DNA of 64,000 nucleotides, taken from the NCBI GenBank assembly GCA_051013385.1, contig CP143273.1, forward strand, positions 1,984,001 through 2,048,000. The letters run 5' to 3'. The DNA comes from Phormidium sp. (GTDB lineage Bacteria > Cyanobacteriota > Cyanobacteriia > Cyanobacteriales > Aerosakkonemataceae). Below the pieces are notes generated by a model that searched no databases, was not told the origin of the DNA, and saw nothing but the letters and a program-made list of their open reading frames with translations. The position numbers were made by a program, and so were the translations under genes. Of the stretch, positions 33,721-44,584 are shown piece after piece (the stretch's first letter is position 1; each line of letters starts with the position of its first letter).

Positions 33721-34191
33721 ATGGCATCTGAACAACAAGTTAAACAATACATAGCCTATTGGTTTCAACTAGGGAAGAGAGTTTTGATTCGCAATGGCAG
33801 AGAAGCTTTGTTGCCGCCAAGGGTGATCCAAGGCGATCGCTACAGCGACGAATTTGAAGAATGTTGGCAAAAAATCATAGCACATAAGTCTGGGGATTGT
33901 AATCTCGAAGGTACACAAGAAACGATCGCCGAATTACTTACACCTGCTTGGGATTTAAACTCTTGTGCTCGCTGTTCAATGCCAATACCAGTGAGGAATT
34001 TGGGATTACCACCTAATAATTGCCCTTGCTCTGATTTACCCACTTGGCCTAATTTGGATATTCCTTTACCGCGATCGCCAGTGGACACCCAAGTACATTT
34101 AAATAGTTTAATTAGCCGCCTGTTGCGAAAAGAAAGAAATATTGATGAGGCAGAACCTTCATCTGAGAATATTAAGGAAAAAGTAGAGTAG
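33721..34191 (+). CDS. Conserved cyanobacterial hypothetical protein with Cys motifs
   Basis: MASEQQVKQYIAYWFQLGK; CARC and CPC motifs. Confidence 0.8.
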   Translation: MASEQQVKQYIAYWFQLGKRVLIRNGREALLPPRVIQGDRYSDEFEECWQKIIAHKSGDCNLEGTQETIAELLTPAWDLNSCARCSMPIPVRNLGLPPNNCPCSDLPTWPNLDIPLPRSPVDTQVHLNSLISRLLRKERNIDEAEPSSENIKEKVE

Positions 34192-34511
34192 ACTTTTATT
34201 CCCTGGTAAGGATTTTGTCAAAGAAAAAGAGGCAAGGAGAAAGGGGAAAGGCGAAAGGAATCATCCTGTCCCTTTTCCCTTCCCTTTAACCTCTTATCTT
34301 GTTGAAGTAAAATTATTTTTACAATAGATAGAGTAATTTTAAGGAAAGTATAGTTAAGTTGAATTCTGTCCAATAAGGATTCAATTGATATTTATGTAAC
34401 AGAAAAAAACCTGGAAAATTCAGATAATCTAAAAATTATATTTTATGGGGAAGCAAACTACATTAGGATCTGAGACAATAAGAGGATTCATGATGTTTGT
34501 AAACAGAAAGC

Positions 34512-36626
34512 ATGGCAGTTTATCACAGTTACAGTTACGGTAATTTCAAATTACTACAAGGACAACCTATTCCCTTTGGTGCAACTCCAGTACCAGGAGG
34601 AATTAATTTTTCTATTTACTCTAGTCACGCCACATCTGCGACATTAGTGTTATTCAAAAAAGACGCAGCAGAACCGTTTGCTGAAATTCCTTTTCCCAGC
34701 GAGTTTCGCTTAGGAAATGTGCTGAGCATGATAGTTTTAGATTTACCAAATTACGAAGATTTAGAATATGGCTATCGTGTGGATGGGCCATACAATCCAG
34801 AAGTAGGTCACAGATTCGATCGCAACAAAATTCTTCTAGATCCCTATTCTACTTGTATAGGTGGCAGAGATGTTTGGGGAATTTCTTTAAGAGAGGATGA
34901 TATTTACCCCTATCGCGGACAAATTATTAGTAAAGAGTTTGATTGGGAAGGCGATCGACCTTTAGAAATTCCCGCCGAAGATTTAATTATTTACGAAATG
35001 CACGTCCGAGGTTTTACTCGTCACCCTTCCTCTGGAGTCCAAGAAGAACATAGAGGTACTTTTGCCGGACTGCAAGAAAAAATTCCTTACCTCAAAGAAT
35101 TGGGGATTAATTGTGTGGAATTAATGCCAATTTTTGAGTTTGATGAATTAGATAACATTCGACATAATCCTTTTAATGATGAAAGATTATTTAACTACTG
35201 GGGTTACAATACAGTAGGCTTTTATGCTCCGAAAGCGGGATATGCAGCTACAGGTAAATATGGGAATCAAGCAAATGAACTGAAAAGTTTAGTTAAAGAA
35301 CTACACAAAAATGGCATTGAAGTAATTTTGGATGTAGTGTTTAACCATACTGCTGAAGGAAACGAAAATGGCCCAACTATTTCTTTTCGGGGTTTAGATA
35401 ATAAAACCTACTATATGCTAACTCCTGAAGGGCTTTATTATAACTTTAGTGGTTGCGGTAATACTCTCAATTGTAATCATCCAATTGTTAGACAATTTGT
35501 TTTAGATTGTCTGCGGTTTTGGGCATCTGCATATCACATTGATGGGTTCAGATTTGATTTAGCTTCAATTTTGGGAAGGGATACTAAAGGTGTACCTTTA
35601 ACTAATCCGCCATTGTTAGAAACTTTAGCTTATGATCCGGTTTTAGCCAAGTGTAAATTAATTGCCGAAGCTTGGGATGCTGGCGGACTTTATCAAGTTG
35701 GTTCTTTTCCAGATTATGACCGTTGGGGCGAGTGGAATGGTAAATATCGGGATGCGGTAAGGAAGTTTATTAAGGGCGATCCTTTAGTGGGAGAAATGGC
35801 GCAACGCATTCAAGGTTCACCTGATTTGTATGCTTGGACAGACAGAACTGTGGATAGTTCAGTAAACTTTATTACTGCCCATGATGGTTTTACTTTAGCA
35901 GATTTTGTGGCGTATAACCAAAAGCATAATGAAGCTAATGGAGAGGATAGTAGAGATGGGTCAAATGATAATTTTAGCTGGAATTGTGGAGTTGAAGGGG
36001 AAACAAATGATCCAGAAATAAATAAATTGCGCCGTCGGCAAATGAAGAATGCGATCGCCATTTTAACAGTTAGTCAAGGCATTCCAATGTTATTGATGGG
36101 CGATGAAATGGCGCGATCGCAACAAGGAAACAATAACGCTTATTGCCATGATTCAGAGTTAAGTTGGCTAGATTGGAACTTATTACAAACTAATAACGAC
36201 TTTTTCCAATTCGTCAAAAATTGTCTGGCTTTTCGTCATGCCCATCCTGTATTAAGAAATCGGGACTACTTCACCAATCAAGACTATATGGAAAGTGGTT
36301 ATCCCGATATTAGTTGGCATGGCGTTTATGCCTGGAAACCTGATTGGGCAAGCTATTGTCGCACCTTAGCTTTTATGCTTTGTGGCAAACACGCTAAAGG
36401 AGGTTCAATTGAAGATAACTCAATTTATGTGGCAATGAATATGCACTGGGAAAGCCACTGGTTTGAATTACCGAAACTACCTTTAGGAGTAAATTGGCAC
36501 CTTTTTGTTAATACCGGATTTGCCTTTCCTGAAGATATTTGCCAACCGGGAACCGAACCAATTTTAACTCAACAACAGGGAATTTTGTTGGGTGAGCGAT
36601 CGGTAGTAATTTTGGTTGCTAAATAG
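34512..36626 (+). CDS. glgX: Glycogen debranching enzyme (GH13 isoamylase)
   Basis: NYWGY, DVVFNHTAEG, DGFRFDLAS, IAEAWD, AHDGFTL. Confidence 0.97.
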   Translation: MAVYHSYSYGNFKLLQGQPIPFGATPVPGGINFSIYSSHATSATLVLFKKDAAEPFAEIPFPSEFRLGNVLSMIVLDLPNYEDLEYGYRVDGPYNPEVGHRFDRNKILLDPYSTCIGGRDVWGISLREDDIYPYRGQIISKEFDWEGDRPLEIPAEDLIIYEMHVRGFTRHPSSGVQEEHRGTFAGLQEKIPYLKELGINCVELMPIFEFDELDNIRHNPFNDERLFNYWGYNTVGFYAPKAGYAATGKYGNQANELKSLVKELHKNGIEVILDVVFNHTAEGNENGPTISFRGLDNKTYYMLTPEGLYYNFSGCGNTLNCNHPIVRQFVLDCLRFWASAYHIDGFRFDLASILGRDTKGVPLTNPPLLETLAYDPVLAKCKLIAEAWDAGGLYQVGSFPDYDRWGEWNGKYRDAVRKFIKGDPLVGEMAQRIQGSPDLYAWTDRTVDSSVNFITAHDGFTLADFVAYNQKHNEANGEDSRDGSNDNFSWNCGVEGETNDPEINKLRRRQMKNAIAILTVSQGIPMLLMGDEMARSQQGNNNAYCHDSELSWLDWNLLQTNNDFFQFVKNCLAFRHAHPVLRNRDYFTNQDYMESGYPDISWHGVYAWKPDWASYCRTLAFMLCGKHAKGGSIEDNSIYVAMNMHWESHWFELPKLPLGVNWHLFVNTGFAFPEDICQPGTEPILTQQQGILLGERSVVILVAK

Positions 36627-36631
36627 GCAAT

Positions 36632-36669
36632 AAAAAGTAGGGGTAATTCATGAATTACCCCTACTTTTT
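36632..36669. terminator. Perfect 38-bp GTAG-type palindrome, likely bidirectional terminator between glgX and rnz
   Basis: AAAAAGTAGGGGTAATTCA|TGAATTACCCCTACTTTTT with A/T tails. Confidence 0.75.
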
Positions 36670-37600
36670 ATTCTCGACGCGGAACTTCATAAGCGAGGAA
36701 ATCATAAGCCATTGTTGTATTAGGAAAAATGGCTTTTGCCTCCTCCAACAAATCATTTAATTGAATATCATTTCCTGGGGCATAGCGGGGGCTAAAATGA
36801 GTCATAATTAAATGTTTTGCGCCAGCTTCTAAAGCGACTTGGGCTGCCATTGTGGAAGTCGAATGTAATCTTTGAAAAGCTAATTCTGCATCTTGGTGAG
36901 CAAAAGTAGCTTCATGAATTAATACATCAGCATCTTTTGATAACTCAACAGCCCCTTCACAATAAACCGTATCTGTACAGTAAACTAGTTTACGCCCAGT
37001 TTGATTTGGCCCGCATAAATCAGCGCCATTAATTACCCGTCCATCAGGTAAAGTAACTTGTTCGCCTCGTTTAAGTTTGCCATAAAGAGGGCCGGAAGGA
37101 ATGCCTAATTCCTTGGCTTTTTCCACATCAAAACGCCCAGGTCGATCTTTTTCTTCTACACGATAACCAAAAGCGGTTACTCGATGTTTTAAAAGACAAC
37201 ATTTAACAATATATTCGTCATCTTCATAAACTATTCCCGGCTCAACAGTATGTACTCTTAAGGGATAGGAAAAATGGGTAAATGAGTAACGTTGGCAAGC
37301 TTTAATGTAATCATTTAGACCTGGTGGCCCATAAAGATCTATTTTAGTGGGATTGCCAGCCAAACCATAAGTTGCTAGTAGACCCATTAACCCAAAAATA
37401 TGGTCGCCGTGCGTATGGGTAATAAAAATGCGAGTAATTTGGCTAATTTTCACATCACTATGTAAAAGTTGATGTTGAGTGCCTTCACCGCAGTCAAAAA
37501 GCCAAACTTCTGCACGCTGAGGTAAGCGCAAGGCAACACTGGAAACATTGCGCGATCGCGTTGGGACACCGGAACTTGTGCCAAAAAAAGTAATCTGCAC
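36668..37600 (-). CDS. rnz: Ribonuclease Z
   Basis: [33 protein letters not shown]; exosite arm. Confidence 0.97.
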   Translation of the reverse strand: MQITFFGTSSGVPTRSRNVSSVALRLPQRAEVWLFDCGEGTQHQLLHSDVKISQITRIFITHTHGDHIFGLMGLLATYGLAGNPTKIDLYGPPGLNDYIKACQRYSFTHFSYPLRVHTVEPGIVYEDDEYIVKCCLLKHRVTAFGYRVEEKDRPGRFDVEKAKELGIPSGPLYGKLKRGEQVTLPDGRVINGADLCGPNQTGRKLVYCTDTVYCEGAVELSKDADVLIHEATFAHQDAELAFQRLHSTSTMAAQVALEAGAKHLIMTHFSPRYAPGNDIQLNDLLEEAKAIFPNTTMAYDFLAYEVPRRE

Positions 37601-37805
37601 TTAAATTAAGCCAACCCTACTAAAATTTCAGGGATTATCCTATTGACATTTTAACTAGGAAAAAGTTTTTCTTTACCTATTTGCCCGATTAAGGTATCCT
37701 AGAGGACTGTCTAGCGTAGCTAACCTAAGAAAAATTTTTTGCCAAATTCAACGATAAAAATACTTGTTACCTCGATTCTCAGCCGTGTGAGGAGGTTTTA
37801 ACCAA

Positions 37806-38984
37806 ATGCTAGCCAGAAGTTTGATTTTCTCGTTTTTATCTGCCAAACAGAAACAGTTAATTCCGCAACCAAGAAAGAATTTTTGGTTGTCGCTGTTGTT
37901 CTGGATGCTTTTAGTTGCGCCTGCCCAAGCTGCTTTAGAATTGCGAGTGGCGATCGCAGAAAATACCCCGCAAGTGAAAATAGGTAGTTCTACGAAAGCG
38001 ATCGTCCGTGATGCCGCTGGTCAACCAGTAGGAGAAATTGCCCCACTCAACGCTTTTGTGGCCCAAACGGAAGGCGGTAGAGTGAAAATGAATCGTTGGC
38101 AATCCAATGCTTTGTGGGTAGAACCGACTAACAAAGGTTTTGTGTGGATTGGCGATAAGTGGTACCGAGGACGCACCCTAGTTGTACCGACAAACAACGG
38201 TTTAACAGCAATTAACTATGTAGACCTGGAAAGATACCTCTACAGTGTTCTCGGAGGAGAAGTTTACACAAATTGGCCTCAAGAAGCCTTAAAAGCGCAA
38301 GCTGTAGCTGCCCGTACTTATGCCCTTTACCAACGACAAACTAGAGGAAATCGCCTGTTTGATGTTGGGGATACGATCGCTTGGCAAGTTTATCGAGGTG
38401 TAGAAACTGAATCACCCAGCTTTTACAACGCCGTAGATGCTACCGCTGGACAAGTCCTCACCTACACAGGCAAACTAATTCTAGCGGCTTATCATGCTGC
38501 TTCTGGAGGACACACAGAAAACGTCGAAAATGTTTGGGGGCCACAAGCTTTACCTTACCTGCGTGCTGTTCCAGACTTCGATCAAGGAACTCCCGGTTAT
38601 CAGTGGACAAAATCTTTTACTCAACCAGAACTCAGTAACCGCATTAGCGGTGTCGGACAAGTTCAATCTTTGACACCAGAACGAATCTCTCCCTTTGGGC
38701 GGGTACTGACGCTGAAAGTCCTTGGTGACAGGGGTTCGCGGATTATGAGTGGCGCACAATTGCAGCGAATCTTTGGTTTAAGAAGTACCTGGTTCACCGT
38801 CACCCCAGAAGGCAATAATAAATCTCTACCACTGTCTTTCCGTTTTGATGGTCGTGGTTTTGGTCATGGTATCGGCTTGAGTCAGTGGGGGGCTTACGGA
38901 ATGGCTCGCCAAGGCGCAAATTACCAACAAATCCTCCAGCATTATTATCGGGGAGCGAGTTTAGCCAGAGTCAAGGTGAAATGA
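37806..38984 (+). CDS. SpoIID/LytB-domain lytic transglycosylase
   Basis: EALKAQAVAARTYA, WQVY and GFGHGIGLSQWGA motifs. Confidence 0.92.
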   Translation: MLARSLIFSFLSAKQKQLIPQPRKNFWLSLLFWMLLVAPAQAALELRVAIAENTPQVKIGSSTKAIVRDAAGQPVGEIAPLNAFVAQTEGGRVKMNRWQSNALWVEPTNKGFVWIGDKWYRGRTLVVPTNNGLTAINYVDLERYLYSVLGGEVYTNWPQEALKAQAVAARTYALYQRQTRGNRLFDVGDTIAWQVYRGVETESPSFYNAVDATAGQVLTYTGKLILAAYHAASGGHTENVENVWGPQALPYLRAVPDFDQGTPGYQWTKSFTQPELSNRISGVGQVQSLTPERISPFGRVLTLKVLGDRGSRIMSGAQLQRIFGLRSTWFTVTPEGNNKSLPLSFRFDGRGFGHGIGLSQWGAYGMARQGANYQQILQHYYRGASLARVKVK

Positions 38985-38998
38985 GCTCTTGAGCTCTT

Positions 38999-39128
38999 GG
39001 GCAGGGGGGCAGGGGAGCAGGGGAGCAGAGGGGCAGAGGGGCAGGGGAGCAGAGGGGCAGGGGAGCAGAGGGGCAGGGGAGCAGAGGGGCAGAGGGGCAG
39101 AGGGGCAGAGGGGCAGAGGGGCAGGGGA
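38999..39128 (+). repeat. STRR-type 8-bp tandem repeat (GGGGCAGR/GGAGCAGR), about 16 units
   Basis: Read directly from sequence between convergent genes. Confidence 0.9.
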
Positions 39129-39134
39129 GAATTT

Positions 39135-39242
39135 AAAACTCAAAACTCTCCAACTCTTCCTAACTCAAAACTCAAAACTCTCTCACTCAAAACTTTCCAA
39201 CTCTTCCTAACTCAAAACTCAAAACTCTCTCACTCAAAACTT
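39135..39242 (+). repeat. CAAAACT heptamer-based repeat with 47-bp tandem duplication
   Basis: 47-bp units start 39149 and 39196; related inverted sequence at ~29190-29223. Confidence 0.85.
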
Positions 39243-39255
39243 CCCCAGTCCCCTT

Positions 39256-40569
39256 TTAAGAACCTGATTCTAATCTACGTTGCCATTCAGCGTCGATTTT
39301 ATCTTTTTGGGCGATTTCTTGTTCGATTAGGTCGGTTTCTGTCGTGTAAGCTAAGTCTTCTTGTTTAATGATATTTTGGGCGGCAAATTGACGGGCATAG
39401 CTAATTTTTTTCTTTAATTCGGCACTAGCTTGGTTTAAAATACTAGTTCTTTGTTCGCGTTTTTGGTTACGGTTCGCAATTTTAGTGTTGCGCCATTGCA
39501 GCCAAAAATAACGGACTAAAGGTAATGTCAGAAAAGCTATTCCGTAAATTAGTAGCAGCCAATAAATTGATTGAACAAAGGCGACTAATCCACCAATTTG
39601 GGCGGCGATAATACCGCCAGCTAGGAGATTTCCTAAAACTAATGCGCCAACTAAATTAACTGCTCCTAATCCACAAGCTAACAGAATTTGTCCAGAACTA
39701 GCGGCACTAAATCGCCAAGGCATTTCGCGTAAATATGGTGGTACTGGTTGAATTTCTTGTTGGGTAGCTGTTACTTGTAATTCGGGGAAGTGATAAACTA
39801 ATTGCCCGTCGGGACTAACTTCTGGACGACCATTATATTTGGTTAGTACTGGCAGCATATAGTCTTCATATTCACGGGAGTAGCCTTGTCCTAATTCATC
39901 TAAGTATGGTGCAATTTGTTCGGCTACTACTGCGCCTTGGTTGTTGCGAATTACTGTGGCAATTTCTTGCCAACGTCGTTCTTCTAAGTTGGCGTTGGGG
40001 TTTCCGTCACCAAATAAGAATGAGAAGATGGCTTCTAAAAAGTTTAGTTGGGGTTTTTCCCGGCGATGATATTGGTATTGGGGGCTGTCGTAGTTGGGAT
40101 AAAATACCCAAAACCACCAATCACTAAACCAAAATGTCGGGGCAAAAACTGTACCGCCATTAAAGTCGCCGCCAAAGTCGCCGCCGGAACTGTCACTGTC
40201 TCGGCTGGAGTTAAGGGCGATTAAAATTATGGCGATCGCAATGAATATTAACGCGATCGAAGCGATTAAAATTAAGCCAAAGCTAACCCGAATTAAATAA
40301 AACAGAACTTGCCAAACTTTTTGCCACCATTCTTGTAGCTGCAACCGGAAAAATTTGTTGCGTAGCACTGCTTTAAAATTTCGCGGAAACTGATAGGCTA
40401 TTTCTCCTGATTCAGCTACCTGTAAATGTCCACCTGCATCAGAAGCTAATACTAATAATGCTTGCTCAGATTGGTTGATATTTAACCCAGTTCGTGCTGC
40501 GATGTCGCCTACCGTGACCCGGTAGTTCAACTGTTCTACAGCCTGCATGATGGTGGGATTTGGAGCCAT
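39256..40569 (-). CDS. Conserved cyanobacterial/plastid membrane protein of unknown function
   Basis: YRVTVGDIAA, LASDAGGHLQV, FSFLFGDGNPN; several TM segments. Confidence 0.85.
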   Translation of the reverse strand: MAPNPTIMQAVEQLNYRVTVGDIAARTGLNINQSEQALLVLASDAGGHLQVAESGEIAYQFPRNFKAVLRNKFFRLQLQEWWQKVWQVLFYLIRVSFGLILIASIALIFIAIAIILIALNSSRDSDSSGGDFGGDFNGGTVFAPTFWFSDWWFWVFYPNYDSPQYQYHRREKPQLNFLEAIFSFLFGDGNPNANLEERRWQEIATVIRNNQGAVVAEQIAPYLDELGQGYSREYEDYMLPVLTKYNGRPEVSPDGQLVYHFPELQVTATQQEIQPVPPYLREMPWRFSAASSGQILLACGLGAVNLVGALVLGNLLAGGIIAAQIGGLVAFVQSIYWLLLIYGIAFLTLPLVRYFWLQWRNTKIANRNQKREQRTSILNQASAELKKKISYARQFAAQNIIKQEDLAYTTETDLIEQEIAQKDKIDAEWQRRLESGS

Positions 40570-40610
40570 GCTGCATCAAGCCCTCAGATATTTGTCTTGC
40601 TATTTCTAGT

Positions 40611-40890
40611 TTGACACTCTCCCCTTAAGCTGACGCTCTCCAGGGGAGATTCTTCCTTCACAGAGCGATGCCTCACTTTCATCAGTGCCTTTGCTTGGTC
40701 TGACTCGTTCTCCAGAAGCTACCAAGGTATGCCCTACCTCTAACATTCGTAAACCTTCATCTCTTATATTGCAAGCGGCGTTAACGTCTCTATTGTTGTC
40801 TATTTCTCTTGCAATTACCGTCCTCAATAAGCGACTATAGCTTACATCACTTTCAGTTTAGCTAAGTATGCCACGACTGCTATGGTTTCA
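40611..40890 (-). mobile_element. tnpB: IS200/IS605-family relic: tnpB 3' end plus right end
   Basis: RDVNAACNIRDEG (RuvC-III); minus-strand end GAATCTCCCC...GGGGAGAGTGTCAA with hairpin and terminal TCAA; left boundary uncertain. Confidence 0.8.
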
Positions 40891-41317
40891 ACTGTCCAAG
40901 TGAGAAGACTTTTTGTATATTATGTAACAGGCAAAACAGGTGAACAGAAGAAATGGGCAGATTTACTCAAAAGGCTCTGGTCTTTTAAGAAGATTTGGAT
41001 ACAATATAAATAGCAGGTAGTGAAAACCCTACCAAAAAACTGCACCTGTGCAGGGTGTATTTGTATGGCTTTTATTAAGCTATGGGCAATCACCAACTTA
41101 AATGAAATGGAATGGCTGGGCTAATGGGAGTTGACCAAATTTAGGTACTGTGAGGTAAATGCGAATCAATTAAATTGCAAAATAGGTAACAAAACCTAAA
41201 ATTTTTCCCATTAGACTTAAGCATGAGTTTATAACGAAACAATTAAGTTATGAGCGTAGGGATGGAGTCTGTGCAGAGATTTCAGTCTGTCCACCTGAAA
41301 GCGAGGGGGTTTTCCAA

Positions 41318-41773
41318 GTGATTGCTATATCTAAGCGTCCAGTTGGGCGCAGCTGGGCTACGATTAGCTTTGCTTCGACTCTTTACCTTTGTCCAATTCT
41401 AGATTTGCTGGTGTCTGAGATTCCTGACTCCTGGCAAGCGGAATTGCGACTGGGTTTACAAGAGGCTTTGGTGAATGCAGCTAAGCATGGGAACAATCTA
41501 GATCCTAGTAAAACAGTTGTTGTGAAATTTGCCGCGATCGCAGATCACTACTGGTGGGTGATCTCAGACCAAGGTTCCGGGTTTAAACCTAATCCTTGTT
41601 GTTGTCGCCCTAGCGATGTCAACGAGCACCTGCCGCCGGAAGAGTCGGAATGTGGTAGAGGTTTGTATATTCTCTACAAAGTTTTCGATCAAGTGCATTG
41701 GAACCCAGAAGCAAGAGAGTTAAGTTTGTGTAAATATGTCAAGAGCCGCTCCAAGTTACCTTTAGTGCGATAG
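41318..41773 (+). CDS. pmgA: PmgA, RsbW-like anti-sigma/Ser kinase
   Basis: FASTLYLCPILDLL, LGLQEALVNAAKHGN, ISDQGSGF, GRGL. Confidence 0.88.
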   Translation: MIAISKRPVGRSWATISFASTLYLCPILDLLVSEIPDSWQAELRLGLQEALVNAAKHGNNLDPSKTVVVKFAAIADHYWWVISDQGSGFKPNPCCCRPSDVNEHLPPEESECGRGLYILYKVFDQVHWNPEARELSLCKYVKSRSKLPLVR

Positions 41774-41980
41774 ATAGCAGAAGGCTCCCAGGCAGAAAGG
41801 AACAGAGCTTTTATCATCAGCTTTTTACTTTTTTTCCACTGGTTAGTTATTTTTGCCACCTGCGCTAGGTATTTAATTCTAGCTCACCAGTTATCAATTT
41901 TTGGTCAGCTAATAAATCTTAATGTTCCTAGTTCTGAGGTTTAGTGGCTGAACGAGCAGCCACCTCTAGAAGTTGGGATA

Positions 41981-42268
41981 TTAGTGAGGATGATTGTGAC
42001 CGTGAGAAGGACAGGGAGGCGCAGAGATCGATCGATCTAACCAGCCGGAAGCTTGATTTAAGCGTGGTAATGCTTCTTCTGGCTGATTTTTGAGGAGAAA
42101 CAACAGTGCGGCGGCAGCTTGTTCACCTGCACGCGCCTGACGATTGGATTTGAGGCGATGCCAATCATTTGGTGTAATGGCAAGGCGTTCCATTAAAGCT
42201 TGAGCTAGTTCTAAGGTGGTAAATTGGTTCAAGGTGTCGGTTTTCAGTAGTTGGGTAGGTTCAGACAT
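41981..42268 (-). CDS. Small conserved cyanobacterial protein (DUF6439-like)
   Basis: LELAQALMERL...DWHRLK...GWLD..ISAPPCPSHG; start MSEPT. Confidence 0.7.
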   Translation of the reverse strand: MSEPTQLLKTDTLNQFTTLELAQALMERLAITPNDWHRLKSNRQARAGEQAAAALLFLLKNQPEEALPRLNQASGWLDRSISAPPCPSHGHNHPH

Positions 42269-42300
42269 AATGAAATCACTTTTGTATTTACTCTTATTGT

Positions 42301-42684
42301 ATGAAGCCACCAGAAGAACCATCTGCATCTAGGGATACTCCGGGATCGGGAAATAGCGAACTAGAGTTTGAGCAAGCTTTGGCCCAAGTTGAGCGATCGC
42401 TAACGGAGTTAAAAGAACGTTATGCACAGGTAAAGAGCGATCGCCAGCGACAAGCAGAATTAAAACATCGCTACGAGGAAGTGCGTCAAGACCGCAGTAT
42501 GGCGCGATCCCAGCAAATGAAAACCCAGTTAAAGCAAATTCAGCAAGAGTTGGAAACCTTGGAAGTTAGCTTGGAAAGCAGTTTGTTTTCTTGGAGTAGC
42601 TTGAAAGAACCTTTTTGGATGGCGGTGCGATTTGCGGGGATCGGGATTATTATCGGTTGGTTGTTGAAGTCTTGTGCAAGTTAA
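42301..42684 (+). CDS. Coiled-coil protein with C-terminal TM segment
   Basis: LKERYAQV...LESSLF...FWMAVRFAGIGIIIGWLLK. Confidence 0.75.
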   Translation: MKPPEEPSASRDTPGSGNSELEFEQALAQVERSLTELKERYAQVKSDRQRQAELKHRYEEVRQDRSMARSQQMKTQLKQIQQELETLEVSLESSLFSWSSLKEPFWMAVRFAGIGIIIGWLLKSCAS

Positions 42685-42835
42685 AGACTTGTATTTTCAC
42701 TATTGTGCATTGCTTAGGTAATCTGCTATACACCAATCATTGCACAGAAGCTATTTGATCCCCAATCAGCATTGATTAAGTATGAGTTAAAGTGGGGATC
42801 GCTGATGAATAAATGATCCCCGATGCAACTGCACA

Positions 42836-44584
42836 ATGCAACTTAAATTCTTTAAATTAATCTTCACTACCTTGGTACTCTCCTGTAACTTTCTCCTCCC
42901 TGTTTGCAGCCAAGACTTACCTGCGCCAGAGGGGGAGACTGGAAGGATTGAAAAGCAAGCTGTCCGCGCTAGAAGACAAATGGTAGTGACTGGTAATGTG
43001 TTGGCTTCTCAGGCGGGGATCGCTATTTTGCGACGCGGGGGTAATGCGGTGGATGCGGCGATCGCAGTCCAAATGGTGTTAACTTTGGTAGAACCGCAGT
43101 CTTCGGGAATAGGCGGTGGGGGGTTTTTACTGTTGCACAAAGGCACAACGGGGGAATTACTGAGTTATGATGGTCGGGAGACTGCGCCTGGGAAGGCGAG
43201 AAGCGATCGCTTTTTAAACCCTGAAGGTAAACCTTTAAATTATTTCGAGGCGGTAGTTGGGGGAAAGTCCGTAGGTGTACCGGGAGTAGTGCGGATGCTG
43301 GAAATGGTACACCGGGAGGAGGGAAAACTTCCTTGGCGGGAGTTGTTTCAACCTGCGATTCAGTTGGCGGAAAATGGTTTTCCGATTTCTCCCAGGTTGT
43401 ATCGACTGCTGAGTAGGGAAAGGTATTTACAACGTTTTCCTAATAGTAGGGATTATTTTTATTTAGCAAATGGTCAACCGAAACCTGTTGGTAGTAAACT
43501 GGTAAATCGACCTTTGGCGGGGGTTTTAAAAGCGATCGCAAATCAAGGCGCAGAAGCTTTTTACCAAGGGGAAATTGCTAAAGATATTGTTAATACTGTT
43601 AATCGATCGCCTGTTAATCCGGGAGATTTGACACTGGCTGATTTAGCTAATTATCAGGCAAAAAAACGCGATCCTATTTGCGGTTTCTATCGAGTTTACC
43701 AAGTTTGTAGCATGGGGCCACCGAGTTCTGGCGGAATTACTATGTTGCAAATTTTGGGAATTTTGCAGAATTTCGATCTAGCTAGTTTGAAGTCTCAACC
43801 AATTGAATTGGTGCATTTATTTTCCGAGGCGGGTAGACTTGCTTATGCCGATCGCGATCGGTTTTTAGCCGATCCAGATTTTGTGACTATTCCCACTCAA
43901 AGGTTACTCGATCCGCAGTATTTGCGGGTGCGGGGGAGTGCGATCGATCTTAATCGTTCGATGGGAAAAGCTGCACCGGGAAATATTGTAGTTTCTCACA
44001 GGGAAAATCAATCTATTAATTGGTTAGATTTACCTGCAACCACTCATTTTTCTATCATCGATAAAGATGGTAATGCTGTTTCTATGACTAGTACTGTTGA
44101 AAGTGGTTTTGGTTCTCGGTTGATGGTAAGGGGGTTTTTATTAAATAATCAGTTGACGGATTTTAACTTTGTTCCTGTAGAGAATGGTCAACCAGTTGCT
44201 AACCGTGTGGAAGCTTGGAAACGTCCCCGAAGTTCGATGTCTCCGACAATAGTTTTTGACTCTCAAAAGAAGCCAATTTTAATTACTGGTTCTCCTGGCG
44301 GTAGCGGGATTATTAATTTTGTAGCTAAGGTTTTGGTGGGGGTTTTAGATTGGAATCTTGATATACAAGAGGCGATTTCTTTACCTAATTTTGGCAGTAG
44401 GAATGGGCCGACGGAGTTGGAAGCTGATACTAATTATGCTAATTTTAAGGCAGATTTGGAAAGGCGCGGTCATCGGGTAATTGTTATTCCTTTAAATAGT
44501 GGTTCTCATGGTATTGAAATTAAAAATGGCGAACTCATCGGTGGTGCAGATCCGCGTCGGGAGGGGGTTGCTATTGGTGATTAG
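42836..44584 (+). CDS. ggt: Gamma-glutamyltransferase
   Basis: GGNAVDAA, EPQSSGIGGG, TTHFS autocleavage Thr, RPRSSMSP, GSPGG, DPRR. Confidence 0.96.
   Translation: MQLKFFKLIFTTLVLSCNFLLPVCSQDLPAPEGETGRIEKQAVRARRQMVVTGNVLASQAGIAILRRGGNAVDAAIAVQMVLTLVEPQSSGIGGGGFLLLHKGTTGELLSYDGRETAPGKARSDRFLNPEGKPLNYFEAVVGGKSVGVPGVVRMLEMVHREEGKLPWRELFQPAIQLAENGFPISPRLYRLLSRERYLQRFPNSRDYFYLANGQPKPVGSKLVNRPLAGVLKAIANQGAEAFYQGEIAKDIVNTVNRSPVNPGDLTLADLANYQAKKRDPICGFYRVYQVCSMGPPSSGGITMLQILGILQNFDLASLKSQPIELVHLFSEAGRLAYADRDRFLADPDFVTIPTQRLLDPQYLRVRGSAIDLNRSMGKAAPGNIVVSHRENQSINWLDLPATTHFSIIDKDGNAVSMTSTVESGFGSRLMVRGFLLNNQLTDFNFVPVENGQPVANRVEAWKRPRSSMSPTIVFDSQKKPILITGSPGGSGIINFVAKVLVGVLDWNLDIQEAISLPNFGSRNGPTELEADTNYANFKADLERRGHRVIVIPLNSGSHGIEIKNGELIGGADPRREGVAIGD

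Noticed and set aside
38961..39368. Three ORFs with PLPLCPSA / GRGAEGQ repeats
   Set aside because: Translation artefacts of the 8-bp tandem repeat, open in several frames
40606..40827. Functional 73-aa protein or active TnpB
   Set aside because: Only the extreme C-terminus of TnpB; RuvC-I/II and the Zn finger are missing
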